In this document: positions 1 through 14,300 of the stretch, piece after piece
Layout: each line of letters starts with the position of its first letter
How positions within the stretch are numbered: position 1 is the stretch's first letter
Source: the human T2T-CHM13v2.0 reference genome, Homo sapiens
Length of the DNA stretch: 64,000 nt
Direction: 5' to 3' (one strand)
Assembly: GCF_009914755.1 (NCBI RefSeq)
Contig: NC_060925.1
Made by a program: the position numbers and the translations under genes
The notes under the pieces: model-generated
Database searches by the model: none
What the model was told of the DNA's origin: nothing
What the model saw: only the letters and a program-made list of their open reading frames with translations

Positions 1-64
1 ATCAATTGGTATTGAATGGAATTGTCATCAAATGGAATTCAAAGGAATCATCATCAAATGGAAC

Positions 65-1025
65 CGAATGGAATCCTCATTGAATGGAAATGAAAGGGGT
101 CATCATCTAATGGAATCGCATGGAATCATCATCAAATGGAATCGAATGGAATCATCATCAAATGGAATCTAATGGAATCATTGAACAGAATTGAATGGAA
201 TCGTCATCGAATGAATTGAATGCAATCATCGAATGGTCTCGAATGGAATCATCTTCTAATGGAAAGGAATGGAATCATCGCATAGAATCGAATGGAATTA
301 TCATCGAATGGAATCGAATGGTATCAAAACCAAACGGAAAAAAACGGAATTATCGAATGGAATCGAAGAGAAACTTCGAACGGACCCGAATGGAATCATC
401 TAATGGAATGGAATGGAATAATCCATGGACTCGAATGCAATCATCATCGAATGGAATGGAATGGAATCATCGAATGGACTCGAATGGAATAATCATTGAA
501 CGGAATCGAATGGAATCATCATCGGATGGAAACGAATGGAATCATCATCGAATGGAAATGAAAGGAGTCATCATCTAATGGAATTGCATGGAATCATCAT
601 AAAATGGAATCGAATGGAATCAACATCAAATGGAATCAAATGGAATCATTGAACGGAATTGAATGGAATCGTCATCGAATGAATTGACTGCAATCATCGA
701 ATGGTCTCGAATGGAATCATCTTCAAATGGAATGGAATGGAATCATCGCATAGAATCGAATGGAATTATCATCGAATGGAATCGAATGGAATCAACATCA
801 AACGGAAAAAAACGGAATTATCAAATGGAATCGAAGAAAATCATCGAATGGACCCGAATGGAATCATCTAATGGAATGGAATGGAATAATCCATGGACTC
901 GAATGCAATCATCATCGAATGGAATCGAATGGAATCATCGAATGGACTCGAATGGAATAATCATTGAACGGAATCGAATGGAATCATCATCGGATGGAAA
1001 TGAATGGAATCATCATCGAATGGAA
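65..1025 (+). repeat. Internal 468-bp tandem duplication (sub-repeats A and B) in every standard unit
   Basis: 65-557 aligns to 533-1025 at offset 468 (ORF starts 195/663 and 292/760). Diagnostic A/B differences include GAAAGGGGTC/GAAAGGAGTC, GAACAGAATT/GAACGGAATT, TTGAATGC/TTGACTGC and GGTATCAACACC/GGAATCAACATC. Confidence 0.95.
170..180 (+). promoter_or_regulatory. TAATGGAATCA, match to DUX4 consensus TAAYBBAATCA (site 1, recurs in each unit)
   Basis: The motif is read directly at 170-180. DUX4 binding to and activation of HSATII is established, but occupancy of this particular site is inferred. Confidence 0.5.
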
Positions 1026-1102
1026 TCGAATAGAATTATGGAATGAAATCCAGTGTGATCATCATCGAATGGACCCGAATGGAATCATCATCCAACGGAA
1101 GC

Positions 1103-1113
1103 TAATGGAATCA
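1103..1113 (+). promoter_or_regulatory. TAATGGAATCA, match to DUX4 consensus (site 2, in the C segment)
   Basis: GCTAATGGAATCAAC at 1101-1115. It recurs in all units except the 1,063-bp deletion unit. Confidence 0.5.
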
Positions 1114-1810
1114 ACATCGAATGAATCGAATGGAAACACCATCGAATTGAAACGAATGGAATTATCATGAAATTGAAATGGATGGACTCATCATCGAATG
1201 GATTCGAATGGAATCATCGAATAAAATTGATTGAAATCATCATCGAATGGAATCGAATGGTATCATTGAATGGAATCGAATGGAATCATCATCAGATGGA
1301 AATGAATGGAATCGTCATAGAATGGAATCGAATGGATTCATTGAATGGAATCAGATGGAATCATCGAATGGACTGGAATGGAATCATTGAATGGACTCGA
1401 AAGGGATCATGATTGAATGGAATTGAATGGAATCATCGAATGGTCTCGATTGGAATCATTATCAAATGGAATCGAATGGAATCACCGAATAGAATCGAAT
1501 GGAACAATCATCGAATGGACTCAAATGGAATTATCCTCCAATGGAATCGAATGGAATTATCGAATGCAATCGAATGGAATTATCGAATGCAATCGAATAG
1601 AATCATCGAATGGACTCGAATGGAATCATCGAATGGAATGGAATGGAACAGTCAATGAACTCGAATGGAATCATCATTGAATGGAATCGAATGGAATCAT
1701 CGAGTGGAATCGAATGGAATTATGATCAAATGGAATCGAATGTAATCCTCATCAAATGGAATCAAAAATAACCATCATCAATTGGTATTGAATGGAATTG
1801 TCATCAAATG

Positions 1811-4800
1811 GAATTCAAAGGAATCATCATCAAATGGAACCGAATGGAATCCTCATTGAATGGAAATGAAAGGGGTCATCATCTAATGGAATCGCATGGA
1901 ATCATCATCAAGTGGAATCTAATGGAATCATTGAACAGAATTGAAAGGAATCGTCATCGAATGAATTGAATGCAATCATCGAATGGTCTCGAATGGAATC
2001 ATCTTCTAATGGAAAGGAATGGAATCATCGCATAGAATCGAATGGAATTATCATCGAATGGAATCGAATGGTATCAACACCAAACGGAAAAAAACGGAAT
2101 TATCAAATGGAATCGAAGAGAATCTTCGAACGGACCCGAATGGAATCATCTAATGGAATGGAATGGAATAATCCATGGACTCGAATGCAATCATCATCGA
2201 ATGGAATCGAATGGAGTCATCGAATGGACTCGAATGGAATAATCATTGAACGGAATCGAATGGAATCATCATCGGATGGAAACGAATGGAATCATCATCG
2301 AATGGAAATGAAAGGAGTCATCATCTAATGGAATTGCATGGAATCATCATAAAATGGAATCGAATGGAATCAACATCAAATGGAATCAAATGGAATCATT
2401 GAACGGAATTGAATGGAATCGTCATCGAATGAATTGACTGCAATCATCGAATGGTCTCGAATGGAATCATCTTCAAATGGAATGGAATGGAATCATCGCA
2501 TAGAATCGAATGGAATTATCATCGAATGGAATCGAATGGAATCAACATCAAACGGAAAAAAACGGAATTATCGAATGGAATCGAAGAGAATCATCGAATG
2601 GACCCGAATGGAATCATCTAATGGAATGGAATGGAATAATCCATGGACTCGAATGCAATCATCATCGAATGGAATCGAATGGAATCATCGAATGGACTCG
2701 AATGGAATAATCATTGAACGGAATCGAATGGAATCATCATCGGATGGAAATGAATGGAATCATCATCGAATGGAATCGAATAGAATTATGGAATGAAATC
2801 CAGTGTGATCATCATCGAATGGACCCGAATGGAATCATCATCCAACGGAAGCTAATGGAATCAACATCGAATGAATCGAATGGAAACACCATCGAATTGA
2901 AACGAATGGAATTATCATGAAATTGAAATGGATGGACTCATCATCGAATGGATTCGAATGGAATCATCGAATAAAATTGATTGAAATCATCATCGAATGG
3001 AATCGAATGGTATCATTGAATGGAATCGAATGGAATCATCATCAGATGGAAATGAATGGAATCGTCATAGAATGGAATCGAATGGATTCATTGAATGGAA
3101 TCAGATGGAATCATCGAATGGACTGGAATGGAATCATTGAATGGACTCGAAAGGGATCATGATTGAATGGAATTGAATGGAATCATCGAATGGTCTCGAT
3201 TGGAATCATTATCAAATGGAATCGAATGGAATCACCGAATAGAATCGAATGGAACAATCATCGAATGGACTCAAATGGAATTATCCTCCAATGGAATCGA
3301 ATGGAATTATCGAATGCAATCGAATGGAATTATCGAATGCAATCGAATAGAATCATCGAATGGACTCGAATGGAATCATCGAATGGAATGGAATGGAACA
3401 GTCAATGAACTCGAATGGAATCATCATTGAATGGAATCGAATGGAATCATCGAGTGGAATCGAATGGAATTATGATCAAATGGAATCGAATGTAATCCTC
3501 ATCAAATGGAATCAAAAATAACCATCATCAATTGGTATTGAATGGAATTGTCATCAAATGGAATTCAAAGGAATCATCATCAAATGGAACCGAATGGAAT
3601 CCTCATTGAATGGAAATGAAAGGGGTCATCATCTAATGGAATCGCATGGAATCATCATCAAATGGAATCTAATGGAATCATTGAACAGAATTGAATGGAA
3701 TCGTCATCGAATGAATTGAATGCAATCATCGAATGGTCTCGAATGGAATCATCTTCTAATGGAAAGGAATGGAATCATCGCATAGAATCGAATGGAATTA
3801 TCATCGAATGGAATCGAATGGTATCAACACCAAACGGAAAAAAACGGAATTATCAAATGGAATCGAAGAGAATCTTCGAACGGACCCGAATGGAATCATC
3901 TAATGGAATGGAATGGAATAATCCATGGACTCGAATGCAATCATCATCGAATGGAATCGAATGGAGTCATCGAATGGACTCGAATGGAATAATCATTGAA
4001 CGGAATCGAATGGAATCATCATCGGATGGAAACGAATGGAATCATCATCGAATGGAAATGAAAGGAGTCATCATCTAATGGAATTGCATGGAATCATCAT
4101 AAAATGGAATCGAATGGAATCAACATCAAATGGAATCAAATGGAATCATTGAACGGAATTGAATGGAATCGTCATCGAATGAATTGACTGCAATCATCGA
4201 ATGGTCTCGAATGGAATCATCTTCAAATGGAATGGAATGGAATCATCGCATAGAATCGAATGGAATTATCATCGAATGGAATCGAATGGAATCAACATCA
4301 AACGGAAAAAAACAGAATTATCGTATGGATTCGAAGAGAATCATCGAATGGACCCGAATGGAATCATCTAATGGAATGGAATGGAATAATCCATGGACTC
4401 GAATGCAATCATCATCGAATGGAATCGAATGGAATCATCGAATGGACTCGAATGGAACAATCATTGAACGGAATCGAATGGAATCATCATCGGATGGAAA
4501 CGAATGGAATCATCATCGAATGGAATCGAATAGAATTATGGAATGAAATCCAGTGTGATCATCATCGAATGGACCCGAATGGAATCATCATCCAACGGAA
4601 GCTAATGGAATCAACATCGAATGAATCGAATGGAAACACCATCGAATTGAAACGAATGGAATTATCATGAAATTGAAATGGATGGACTCATCATCGAATG
4701 GATTCGAATGGAATCATCGAATAAAATTGATTGAAATCATCATCCAATGGAATCGAATGGTATCATTGAATGGAATCGAATGGAATCATCATCAGATGGA

Positions 4801-5310
4801 AATGAATGGAATCGTCATAGAATGGAATCGAATGGATTCATTGAATGGAATCAGAAGGAATCATCGAATGGACTGGAATGGAATCATTGAATGGACTCGA
4901 AAGGGATCATGATTGAATGGAATTGAATGGAATCATCGAATGGTCTCGATTGGAATCATTATCAAATGGAATCGAATGGAATCACCGAATACAATCGAAT
5001 GGAACAATCATCGAATGGACTCAAATGGAATTATCCTCAAATGGAATCAAATGGAATTATCGAATGCAATCGAATGGAATTATCGAATGCAATCGAATAG
5101 AATCATCGAAAGGACTCGAATGGAATCATCGAATGGAATGGAATGGAACAGTCAATGAACTCGAATGGAATCATCATTGAATGGAATCGAATGGAATCAT
5201 CGAGTGGAATCGAATGGAATTATGATCAAATGGAATCGAATGTAATCATCATCAAATGGAATCAAAAATAACCATCATCAATTGGTATTGAATGGAATTG
5301 TCATCAAATG
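1811..5310 (+). repeat. Two adjacent 1,750-bp variant units, each lacking one 26-bp monomer
   Basis: EcoRI spacing is 1811-3561-5311. Near 1910 and 3660 one copy of AATGGAATCGAATGGAATCATCATCA is missing relative to 135-160. Confidence 0.93.
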
Positions 5311-8300
5311 GAATTCAAAGGAATCATCATCAAATGGAACCGAATGGAATCCTCATTGAATGGAAATGAAAGGGGTCATCATCTAATGGAATCGCATGGA
5401 ATCATCATCAAATGGAATCGAATGGAATCATCATCAAATGGAATCTAATGGAATCATTGAACAGAATTGAATGGAATGGTCATCGAATGAATTGAATGCA
5501 ATCATCGAATGGTCTCGAATGGAATCATCTTCTAATGGAAAGGAATGGAATCATCGCATAGAATCGAATGGAATTATCATCGAATGGAATCGAATGGTAT
5601 CAACACCAAACGGAAAAAAACGGAATTATCGAATGGAATCGAAGAGAATCTTCGAACGGACCCGAATGGAATCATCTAATGGAATGGAATGGAATAATCC
5701 ATGGACTCGAATGCAATCATCATCGAATGGAATGGAATGGAATCATCGAATGGACTCGAATGGAATAATCATTGAACGGAATCGAATGGAATCATCATCG
5801 GATGGAAACGAATGGAATCATCATCGAATGGAAATGAAAGGAGTCATCATCTAATGGAATTGCATGGAATCATCATAAAATGGAATCGAATGGAATCAAC
5901 ATCAAATGGAATCAAATGGAATCATTGAACGGAATTGAATGGAATCGTCATCGAATGAATTGACTGCAATCATCGAATGGTCTCGAATGGAATCATCTTC
6001 AAATGGAATGGAATGGAATCATCGCATAGAATCGAATGGAATTATCATCGAATGGAATCGAATGGAATCAACATCAAACGGAAAAAAACGGAATTATCGA
6101 ATGGAATCGAAGAGAATCATCGAATGGACCCGAATGGAATCATCTAATGGAATGGAATGGAATAATCCATGGACTCGAATGCAATCATCATCGAATGGAA
6201 TCGAATGGAATCATCGAATGGACTCGAATGGAATAATCATTGAACGGAATCGAATGGAATCATCATCGGATGGAAATGAATGGAATCATCATCGAATGGA
6301 ATCGAATAGAATTATGGAATGAAATCCAGTGTGATCATCATCGAATGGACCCGAATGGAATCATCATCCAACGGAAGCTAATGGAATCAACATCGAATGA
6401 ATCGAATGGAAACACCATCGAATTGAAACGAATGGAATTATCATGAAATTGAAATGGATGGACTCATCATCGAATGGATTCGAATCGAATCATCGAATAA
6501 AATTGATTGAAATCATCATCCAATGGAATCGAATGGTATCATTGAATGGAATCGAATGGAATCATCATCAGATGGAAATGAATGGAATCGTCATAGAATG
6601 GAATCGAATGGATTCATTGAATGGAATCAGATGGAATCATCGAATGGACTGGAATGGAATCATTGAATGGACTCGAAAGGGATCATGATTGAATGGAATT
6701 GAATGGAATCATCGAATGGTCTCGATTGGAATCATTATCAAATGGAATCGAATGGAATCACCGAATAGAATCGAATGGAACAATCATCGAATGGACTCAA
6801 ATGGAATTATCCTCCAATGGAATCGAATGGAATTATCGAATGCAATCGAATGGAATTATCGAATGCAATCGAATAGAATCATCGAATGGACTCGAATGGA
6901 ATCATCGAATGGAATGGAATGGAACAGTCAATGAACTCGAATGGAATCATCATTGAATGGAATCGAATGGAATCATCGAGTGGAATCGAATGGAATTATG
7001 ATCAAATGGAATCGAATGTAATCCTCATCAAATGGAATCAAAAATAACCATCATCAATTGGTATTGAATGGAATTGTCATCAAATGGAATTCAAAGGAAT
7101 CATCATCAAATGGAACCGAATGGAATCCTCATTGAATGGAAATGAAAGGGGTCATCATCTAATGGAATCGCATGGAATCATCATCAAATGGAATCGAATG
7201 GAATCATCATCAAATGGAATCTAATGGAATCATTGAACAGAATTGAATGGAATGGTCATCGAATGAATTGAATGCAATCATCGAATGGTCTCGAATGGAA
7301 TCATCTTCTAATGGAAAGGAATGGAATCATCGCATAGAATCGAATGGAATTATCATCGAATGGAATCGAATGGTATCAACACCAAACGGAAAAAAACGGA
7401 ATTATCGAATGGAATCGAAGAGAATCTTCGAACGGACCCGAATGGAATCATGTAATGGAATGGAATGGAATAATCCATGGACTCGAATGCAATCATCATC
7501 GAATGGAATGGAATGGAATCATCGAATGGACTCGAATGGAATAATCATTGAACGGAATCGAATGGAATCATCATCGGATGGAAACGAATGGAATCATCAT
7601 CGAATGGAAATGAAAGGAGTCATCATCTAATGGAATTGCATGGAATCATCATAAAATGGAATCGAATGGAATCAACATCAAATGGAATCAAATGGAATCA
7701 TTGAACGGAATTGAATGGAATCGTCATCGAATGAATTGACTGCAATCATCGAATGGTCTCGAATGGAATCATCTTCAAATGGAATGGAATGGAATCATCG
7801 CATAGAATCGAATGGAATTATCATCGAATGGAATCGAATGGAATCAACATCAAACGGAAAAAAACGGAATTATCGAATGGAATCGAAGAGAATCATCGAA
7901 TGGACCCGAATGGAATCATCTAATGGAATGGAATGGAATAATCCATGGACTCGAATGCAATCATCATCGAATGGAATCGAATGGAATCATCGAATGGACT
8001 CGAATGGAATAATCATTGAACGGAATCGAATGGAATCATCATCGGATGGAAATGAATGGAATCATCATCGAATGGAATCGAATAGAATTATGGAATGAAA
8101 TCCAGTGTGATCATCATCGAATGGACCCGAATGGAATCATCATCCAACGGAAGCTAATGGAATCAACATCGAATGAATCGAATGGAAACACCATCGAATT
8201 GAAACGAATGGAATTATCATGAAATTGAAATGGATGGACTCATCATCGAATGGATTCGAATGGAATCATCGAATAAAATTGATTGAAATCATCATCCAAT

Positions 8301-11300
8301 GGAATCGAATGGTATCATTGAATGGAATCGAATGGAATCATCATCAGATGGAAATGAATGGAATCGTCATAGAATGGAATCGAATGGATTCATTGAATGG
8401 AATCAGATGGAATCATCGAATGGACTGGAATGGAATCATTGAATGGACTCGAAAGGGATCATGATTGAATGGAATTGAATGGAATCATCGAATGGTCTCG
8501 ATTGGAATCATTATCAAATGGAATCGAATGGAATCACCGAATAGAATCGAATGGAACAATCATCGAATGGACTCAAATGGAATTATCCTCCAATGGAATC
8601 GAATGGAATTATCGAATGCAATCGAATGGAATTATCGAATGCAATCGAATAGAATCATCGAATGGACTCGAATGGAATCATCGAATGGAATGGAATGGAA
8701 CAGTCAATGAACTCGAATGGAATCATCATTGAATGGAATCGAATGGAATCATCGAGTGGAATCGAATGGAATTATGATCAAATGGAATCGAATGTAATCC
8801 TCATCAAATGGAATCAAAAATAACCATCATCAATTGGTATTGAATGGAATTGTCATCAAATGGAATTCAAAGGAATCATCATCAAATGGAACCGAATGGA
8901 ATCCTCATTGAATGGAAATGAAAGGGGTCATCATCTAATGGAATCGCATGGAATCATCATCAAATGGAATCGAATGGAATCATCATCAAATGGAATCTAA
9001 TGGAATCATTGAACAGAATTGAATGGAATCGTCATCGAATGAATTGAATGCAATCATCGAATGGTCTCGAATGGAATCATCTTCTAATGGAAAGGAATGG
9101 AATCATCGCATAGAATCGAATGGAATTATCATCGAATGGAATCGAATGGTATCAACACCAAACGGAAAAAAACGGAATTATCGAATGGAATCGAAGAGAA
9201 TCTTCGAACGGACCCGAATGGAATCATCTAATGGAATGGAATGGAATAATCCATGGACTCGAATGCAATCATCATCGAATGGAATGGAATGGAATCATCG
9301 AATGGACTCGAATGGAATAATCATTGAACGGAATTGAATGGAATCATCATCGGATGGAAACGAATGGAATCATCATCGAATGGAAATGAAAGGAGTCATC
9401 ATCTAATGGAATTGCATGGAATCATCATAAAATGGAATCGAATGGAATCAACATCAAATGGAATCAAATGGAATCATTGAACGGAATTGAATGGAATCGT
9501 CATCGAATGAATTGACTGCAATCATCGAATGGTCTCGAATGGAATCATCTTCAAATGGAATGGAATGGAATCATCGCATAGAATCGAATGGAATTATCAT
9601 CGAATGGAATCGAATGGAATCAACATCAAACGGAAAAAAACAGAATTATCGTATGGAATCGAAGAGAATCATCGAATGGACCCGAATGGAATCATCTAAT
9701 GGAATGGAATGGAATAATCCATGGACTCGAATGCAATCATCATCGAATGGAATCGAATGGAATCATCGAATGGACTCGAATGGAATAATCATTGAACGGA
9801 ATCGAATGGAATCATCATCGGATGGAAATGAATGGAATCATCATCGAATGGAATCGAATAGAATTATGGAATGAAATCCAGTGTGATCATCATCGAATGG
9901 ACCCGAATGGAATCATCATCCAACGGAAGCTAATGGAATCAACATCGAATGAATCGAATGGAAACACCATCGAATTGAAACGAATGGAATTATCATGAAA
10001 TTGAAATGGATGGACTCATCATCGAATGGATTCGAATGGAATCATCGAATAAAATTGATTGAAATCATCATCCAATGGAATCGAATGGTATCATTGAATG
10101 GAATCGAATGGAATCATCATCAGATGGAAATGAATGGAATCGTCATAGAATGGAATCGAATGGATTCATTGAATGGAATCAGATGGAATCATCGAATGGA
10201 CTGGAATGGAATCATTGAATGGACTCGAAAGGGATCATGATTGAATGGAATTGAATGGAATCATCGAATGGTCTCGATTGGAATCATTATCAAATGGAAT
10301 CGAATGGAATCACCGAATAGAATCGAATGGAACAATCATCGAATGGACTCAAATGGAATTATCCTCCAATGGAATCGAATGGAATTATCGAATGCAATCG
10401 AATGGAATTATCGAATGCAATCGAATAGAATCATCGAAAGGACTCGAATGGAATCATCGAATGGAATGGAATGGAACAGTCAATGAACTCGAATGGAATC
10501 ATCATTGAATGGAATCGAATGGAATCATCGAGTGGAATCGAATGGAATTATGATCAAATGGAATCGAATGTAATCATCATCATATGGAATCAAAAATAAC
10601 CATCATCAATTGGTATTGAATGGAATTGTCATCAAATGGAATTCAAAGGAATCATCATCAAATGGAACCGAATGGAATCCTCATTGAATGGAAATGAAAG
10701 GGGTCATCATCTAATGGAATCGCATGGAATCATCATCAAATGGAATCGAATGGAATCATCATCAAATGGAATCTAATGGAATCATTGAACAGAATTGAAT
10801 GGAATCGTCATCGAATGAATTGAATGCAATCATCGAATGGTCTCGAATGGAATCATCTTTTAATGGAAAGGAATGGAATCATCGCATAGAATCGAATGGA
10901 ATTATCATCGAATGGAATCGAATGGTATCAACACCAAACGGAAAAAAACGGAATTATCGAATGGAATCGAAGAGAATCTTCGAACGGACCCGAATGGAAT
11001 CATCTAATGGAATGGAATGGAATAATCCATGGACTCGAATGCAATCATCATCGAATGGAATGGAATGGAATCATCGAATGGACTCGAATGGAATAATCAT
11101 TGAACGGAATCGAATGGAATCATCATCGGATGGAAACGAATGGAATCATCATCGAATGGAAATGAAAGGAGTCATCATCTAATGGAATTGCATGGAATCA
11201 TCATCAAATGGAATCGAATGGAATCAACATCAAATGGAATCAAATGGAATCATTGAACGGAATTGAATGGAATCGTCATCGAATGAATTGACTGCAATCA

Positions 11301-14300
11301 TCGAATGGTCACGAATGGAATCATCTTCAAATGGAATGGAATGGAATCATCGCATAGAATCGAATGGAATTATCATCGAATGGAATCGAATGGAATCAAC
11401 ATCAAACGGAAAAAAACGGAATTATCGAATGGAATCGAAGAGAATCATCGAATGGACCCGAATGGAATCATCTAATGGAATGGAATGGAATAATCCATGG
11501 ACTCGAATGCAATCATCATCGAATGGAATCGAATGGAATCATCGAATGGACTCGAATGGAATAATCATTGAACGGAATCGAATGGAATCATCATCGGATG
11601 GAAATGAATGGAATCATCATCGAATGGAATCGAATAGAATTATGGAATGAAATCCAGTGTGATCATCATCGAATGGACCCGAATGGAATCATCATCCAAC
11701 GGAAGCTAATGGAATCAACATCGAATGAATAGAATGGATACACCATCGAATTGAAACGAATGGAATTATCATGAAATTGAAATGGATGGACTCATCATCG
11801 AATGGATTCGAATCGAATCATCGAATAAAATTGATTGAAATCATCATCAAATGGAATCGAATGGTATCATTGAATGGAATCGAATGGAATCATCATCAGA
11901 TGGAAATGAATGGAATCGTCATAGAATGGAATCGAATGGATTCATTGAATGGAATCAGATGGAATCATCGAATGGACTGGAATGGAATCATTGAATGGAC
12001 TCGAAAGGGATCATTATTGAATGGAATTGAATGGAAACATCGAATGGTCTCGATTGGAATCATTACCAAATGGAATCGAATGGAATCACCGAATAGAATC
12101 GAATGGAACAATCATCGAATGGACTCAAATGGAATTATCCTCAAATGGAATCGAATGGAATTATCGAATGCAATCGAATGGAATTATCGAATGCAATCGA
12201 ATAGAATCATCGAAAGGACTCGAATGGAATCATCGAATGGAATGGAATGGAACAGTCAATGAACTCGAATGGAATCATCATTGAATGGAATCGAATGGAA
12301 TCATCGAGTGGAATTGAATGGAATTATGATCAAATGGAATCGAATGTAATCATCATCAAATGGAATCAAAAATAACCATCATCAATTGGTATTGAATGGA
12401 ATTGTCATCAAATGGAATTCAAAGGAATCATCATCAAATGGAACCGAATGGAATCCTCATTGAATGGAAATGAAAGGGGTCATCATCTAATGGAATCGCA
12501 TGGAATCATCATCAAATGGAATCGAATGGAATCATCATCAAATGGAATCTAATGGAATCATTGAACAGAATTGAATGGAATCGTCATCGACTGAATTGAA
12601 TGCAATCATCGAATGGTCTCGAATGGAATCATCTTCTAATGGAAAGGAATGGAATCATCGCATAGAATCGAATGGAATTATCATCGAATGGAATCGAATG
12701 GTATCAACACCAAACGGAAAAAAACGGAATTATCGAATGGAATCGAAGAGAATCTTCGAACGGACCCGAATGGAATCATCTAATGGAATGGAATGGAATA
12801 ATCCATGGACTCGAATGCAATCATCATCGAATGGAATGGAATGGAATCATCGAATGGACTCGAATGGAATAATCATTGAACGGAATCGAATGGAATCATC
12901 ATCGGATGGAAACGAATGGAATCATCATCGAATGGAAATGAAAGGAGTCATCATCTAATGGAATTGCATGGAATCATCATAAAATGGAATCGAATGGAAT
13001 CAACATCAAATGGAATCAAATGGAATCATTGAACGGAATTGAATGGAATCGTCATCGAATGAATTGACTGCAATCATCGAATGTTATCGAATGGAATCAT
13101 CTTCAAATGGAATGGAATGGAATCATCGCATAGAATCGAATGGAATTATCATCGAATGGAATCGAATGGAATCAACATCAAACGGAAAAAAACGGAATTA
13201 TCATATGGAATCGAAGAGAATCATCGAATGGACCCGAATGGAATCATCTAATGGAATGGAATGGAATAATCCATGGACTCGAATGCAATCATCATCGAAT
13301 GGAATCGAATGGAATCATCGAATGGACTCGAATGGAATAATCATTGAACGGAATCGAATGGAATCATCATCGGATGGAAATGAATGGAATCATCATCAAA
13401 TGGAATCGAATAGAATTATGGAATGAAATCCAGTGTGATCATCATCGAATGGACCCGAATGGAATCATCATCCAACGGAAGCTAATGGAATCAACATCGA
13501 ATGAATCAAATGGAAACACCATCGAATTGAAACGAATGGAATTATCATGAAATTGAAATGGATGGACTCATCATCGAATGGATTCGAATGGAATCATCGA
13601 ATAAAATTGATTGAAATCATCATCGAATGGAATCGAATGGTATCATTGAATGGAATCGAATGGAATCATCATCAGATGGAAATGAATGGAATCGTCATAG
13701 AATGGAATCGAATGGATTCATTGAATGGAATCAGATGGAATCATCGAATGGACTGGAATGGAATCATTGAATGGACTCGAAAGGGATCATGATTGAATGG
13801 AATTGAATGGAATCATCGAATGGTCTCGATTGGAATCATTATCAAATGGAATCGAATGGAATCACCGAATAGAATCGAATGGAACAATCATCGAATGGAC
13901 TCAAATGGAATTATCCTCAAATGGAATCGAATGGAATTATCGAATGCAATCGAATGGAATTATCGAATGCAATCGAATAGAATCATCGAAAGGACTCGAA
14001 TGGAATCATCGAATGGAATGGAATGGAACAGTCAATGAACTCGAATGGAATCATCATTGAATGGAATCGAATGGAATCATCGAGTGGAATCGAATGGAAT
14101 TATGATCAAATGGAATCGAATGTAATCCTCATCAAATGGAATCAAAAATAACCATCATCAATTGGTATTGAATGGAATTGTCATCAAATGGAATTCAAAG
14201 GAATCATCATCAAATGGAACCGAATGGAATCCTCATTGAATGGAAATGAAAGGGGTCATCATCTAATGGAATCGCATGGAATCATCATCAAATGGAATCG

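Larger units (their letters stand above)
35..1810 (+). repeat. Representative 1,776-bp repeat unit (EcoRI to EcoRI); 27 of 36 complete units have this length
   Basis: GAATTC occurs at 35, 1811, 3561, 5311, 7087 ... 60776, 62552 (37 sites). Unique landmarks (CCAGTGTGATC, AAAAATAACC, GAAAGGGGTC) and ORF-track starts recur at the same spacing. Confidence 0.96.

Noticed and set aside
326-347. A-rich tract AAACGGAAAAAAACGG as poly-A remnant or terminator
   Set aside because: It aligns in register as a mutated 26-bp monomer (GAATGGAATCGAATGG). The divergent unit has the intermediate form AAACGGAATCAAGCGG.
11771-12262. TGA/TTA polymorphism toggling 81+81 aa versus 163 aa ORFs, resembling read-through or phase variation
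   Set aside because: It is an ordinary satellite SNP (GATCATGATT/GATCATTATT) that tracks unit haplotypes.
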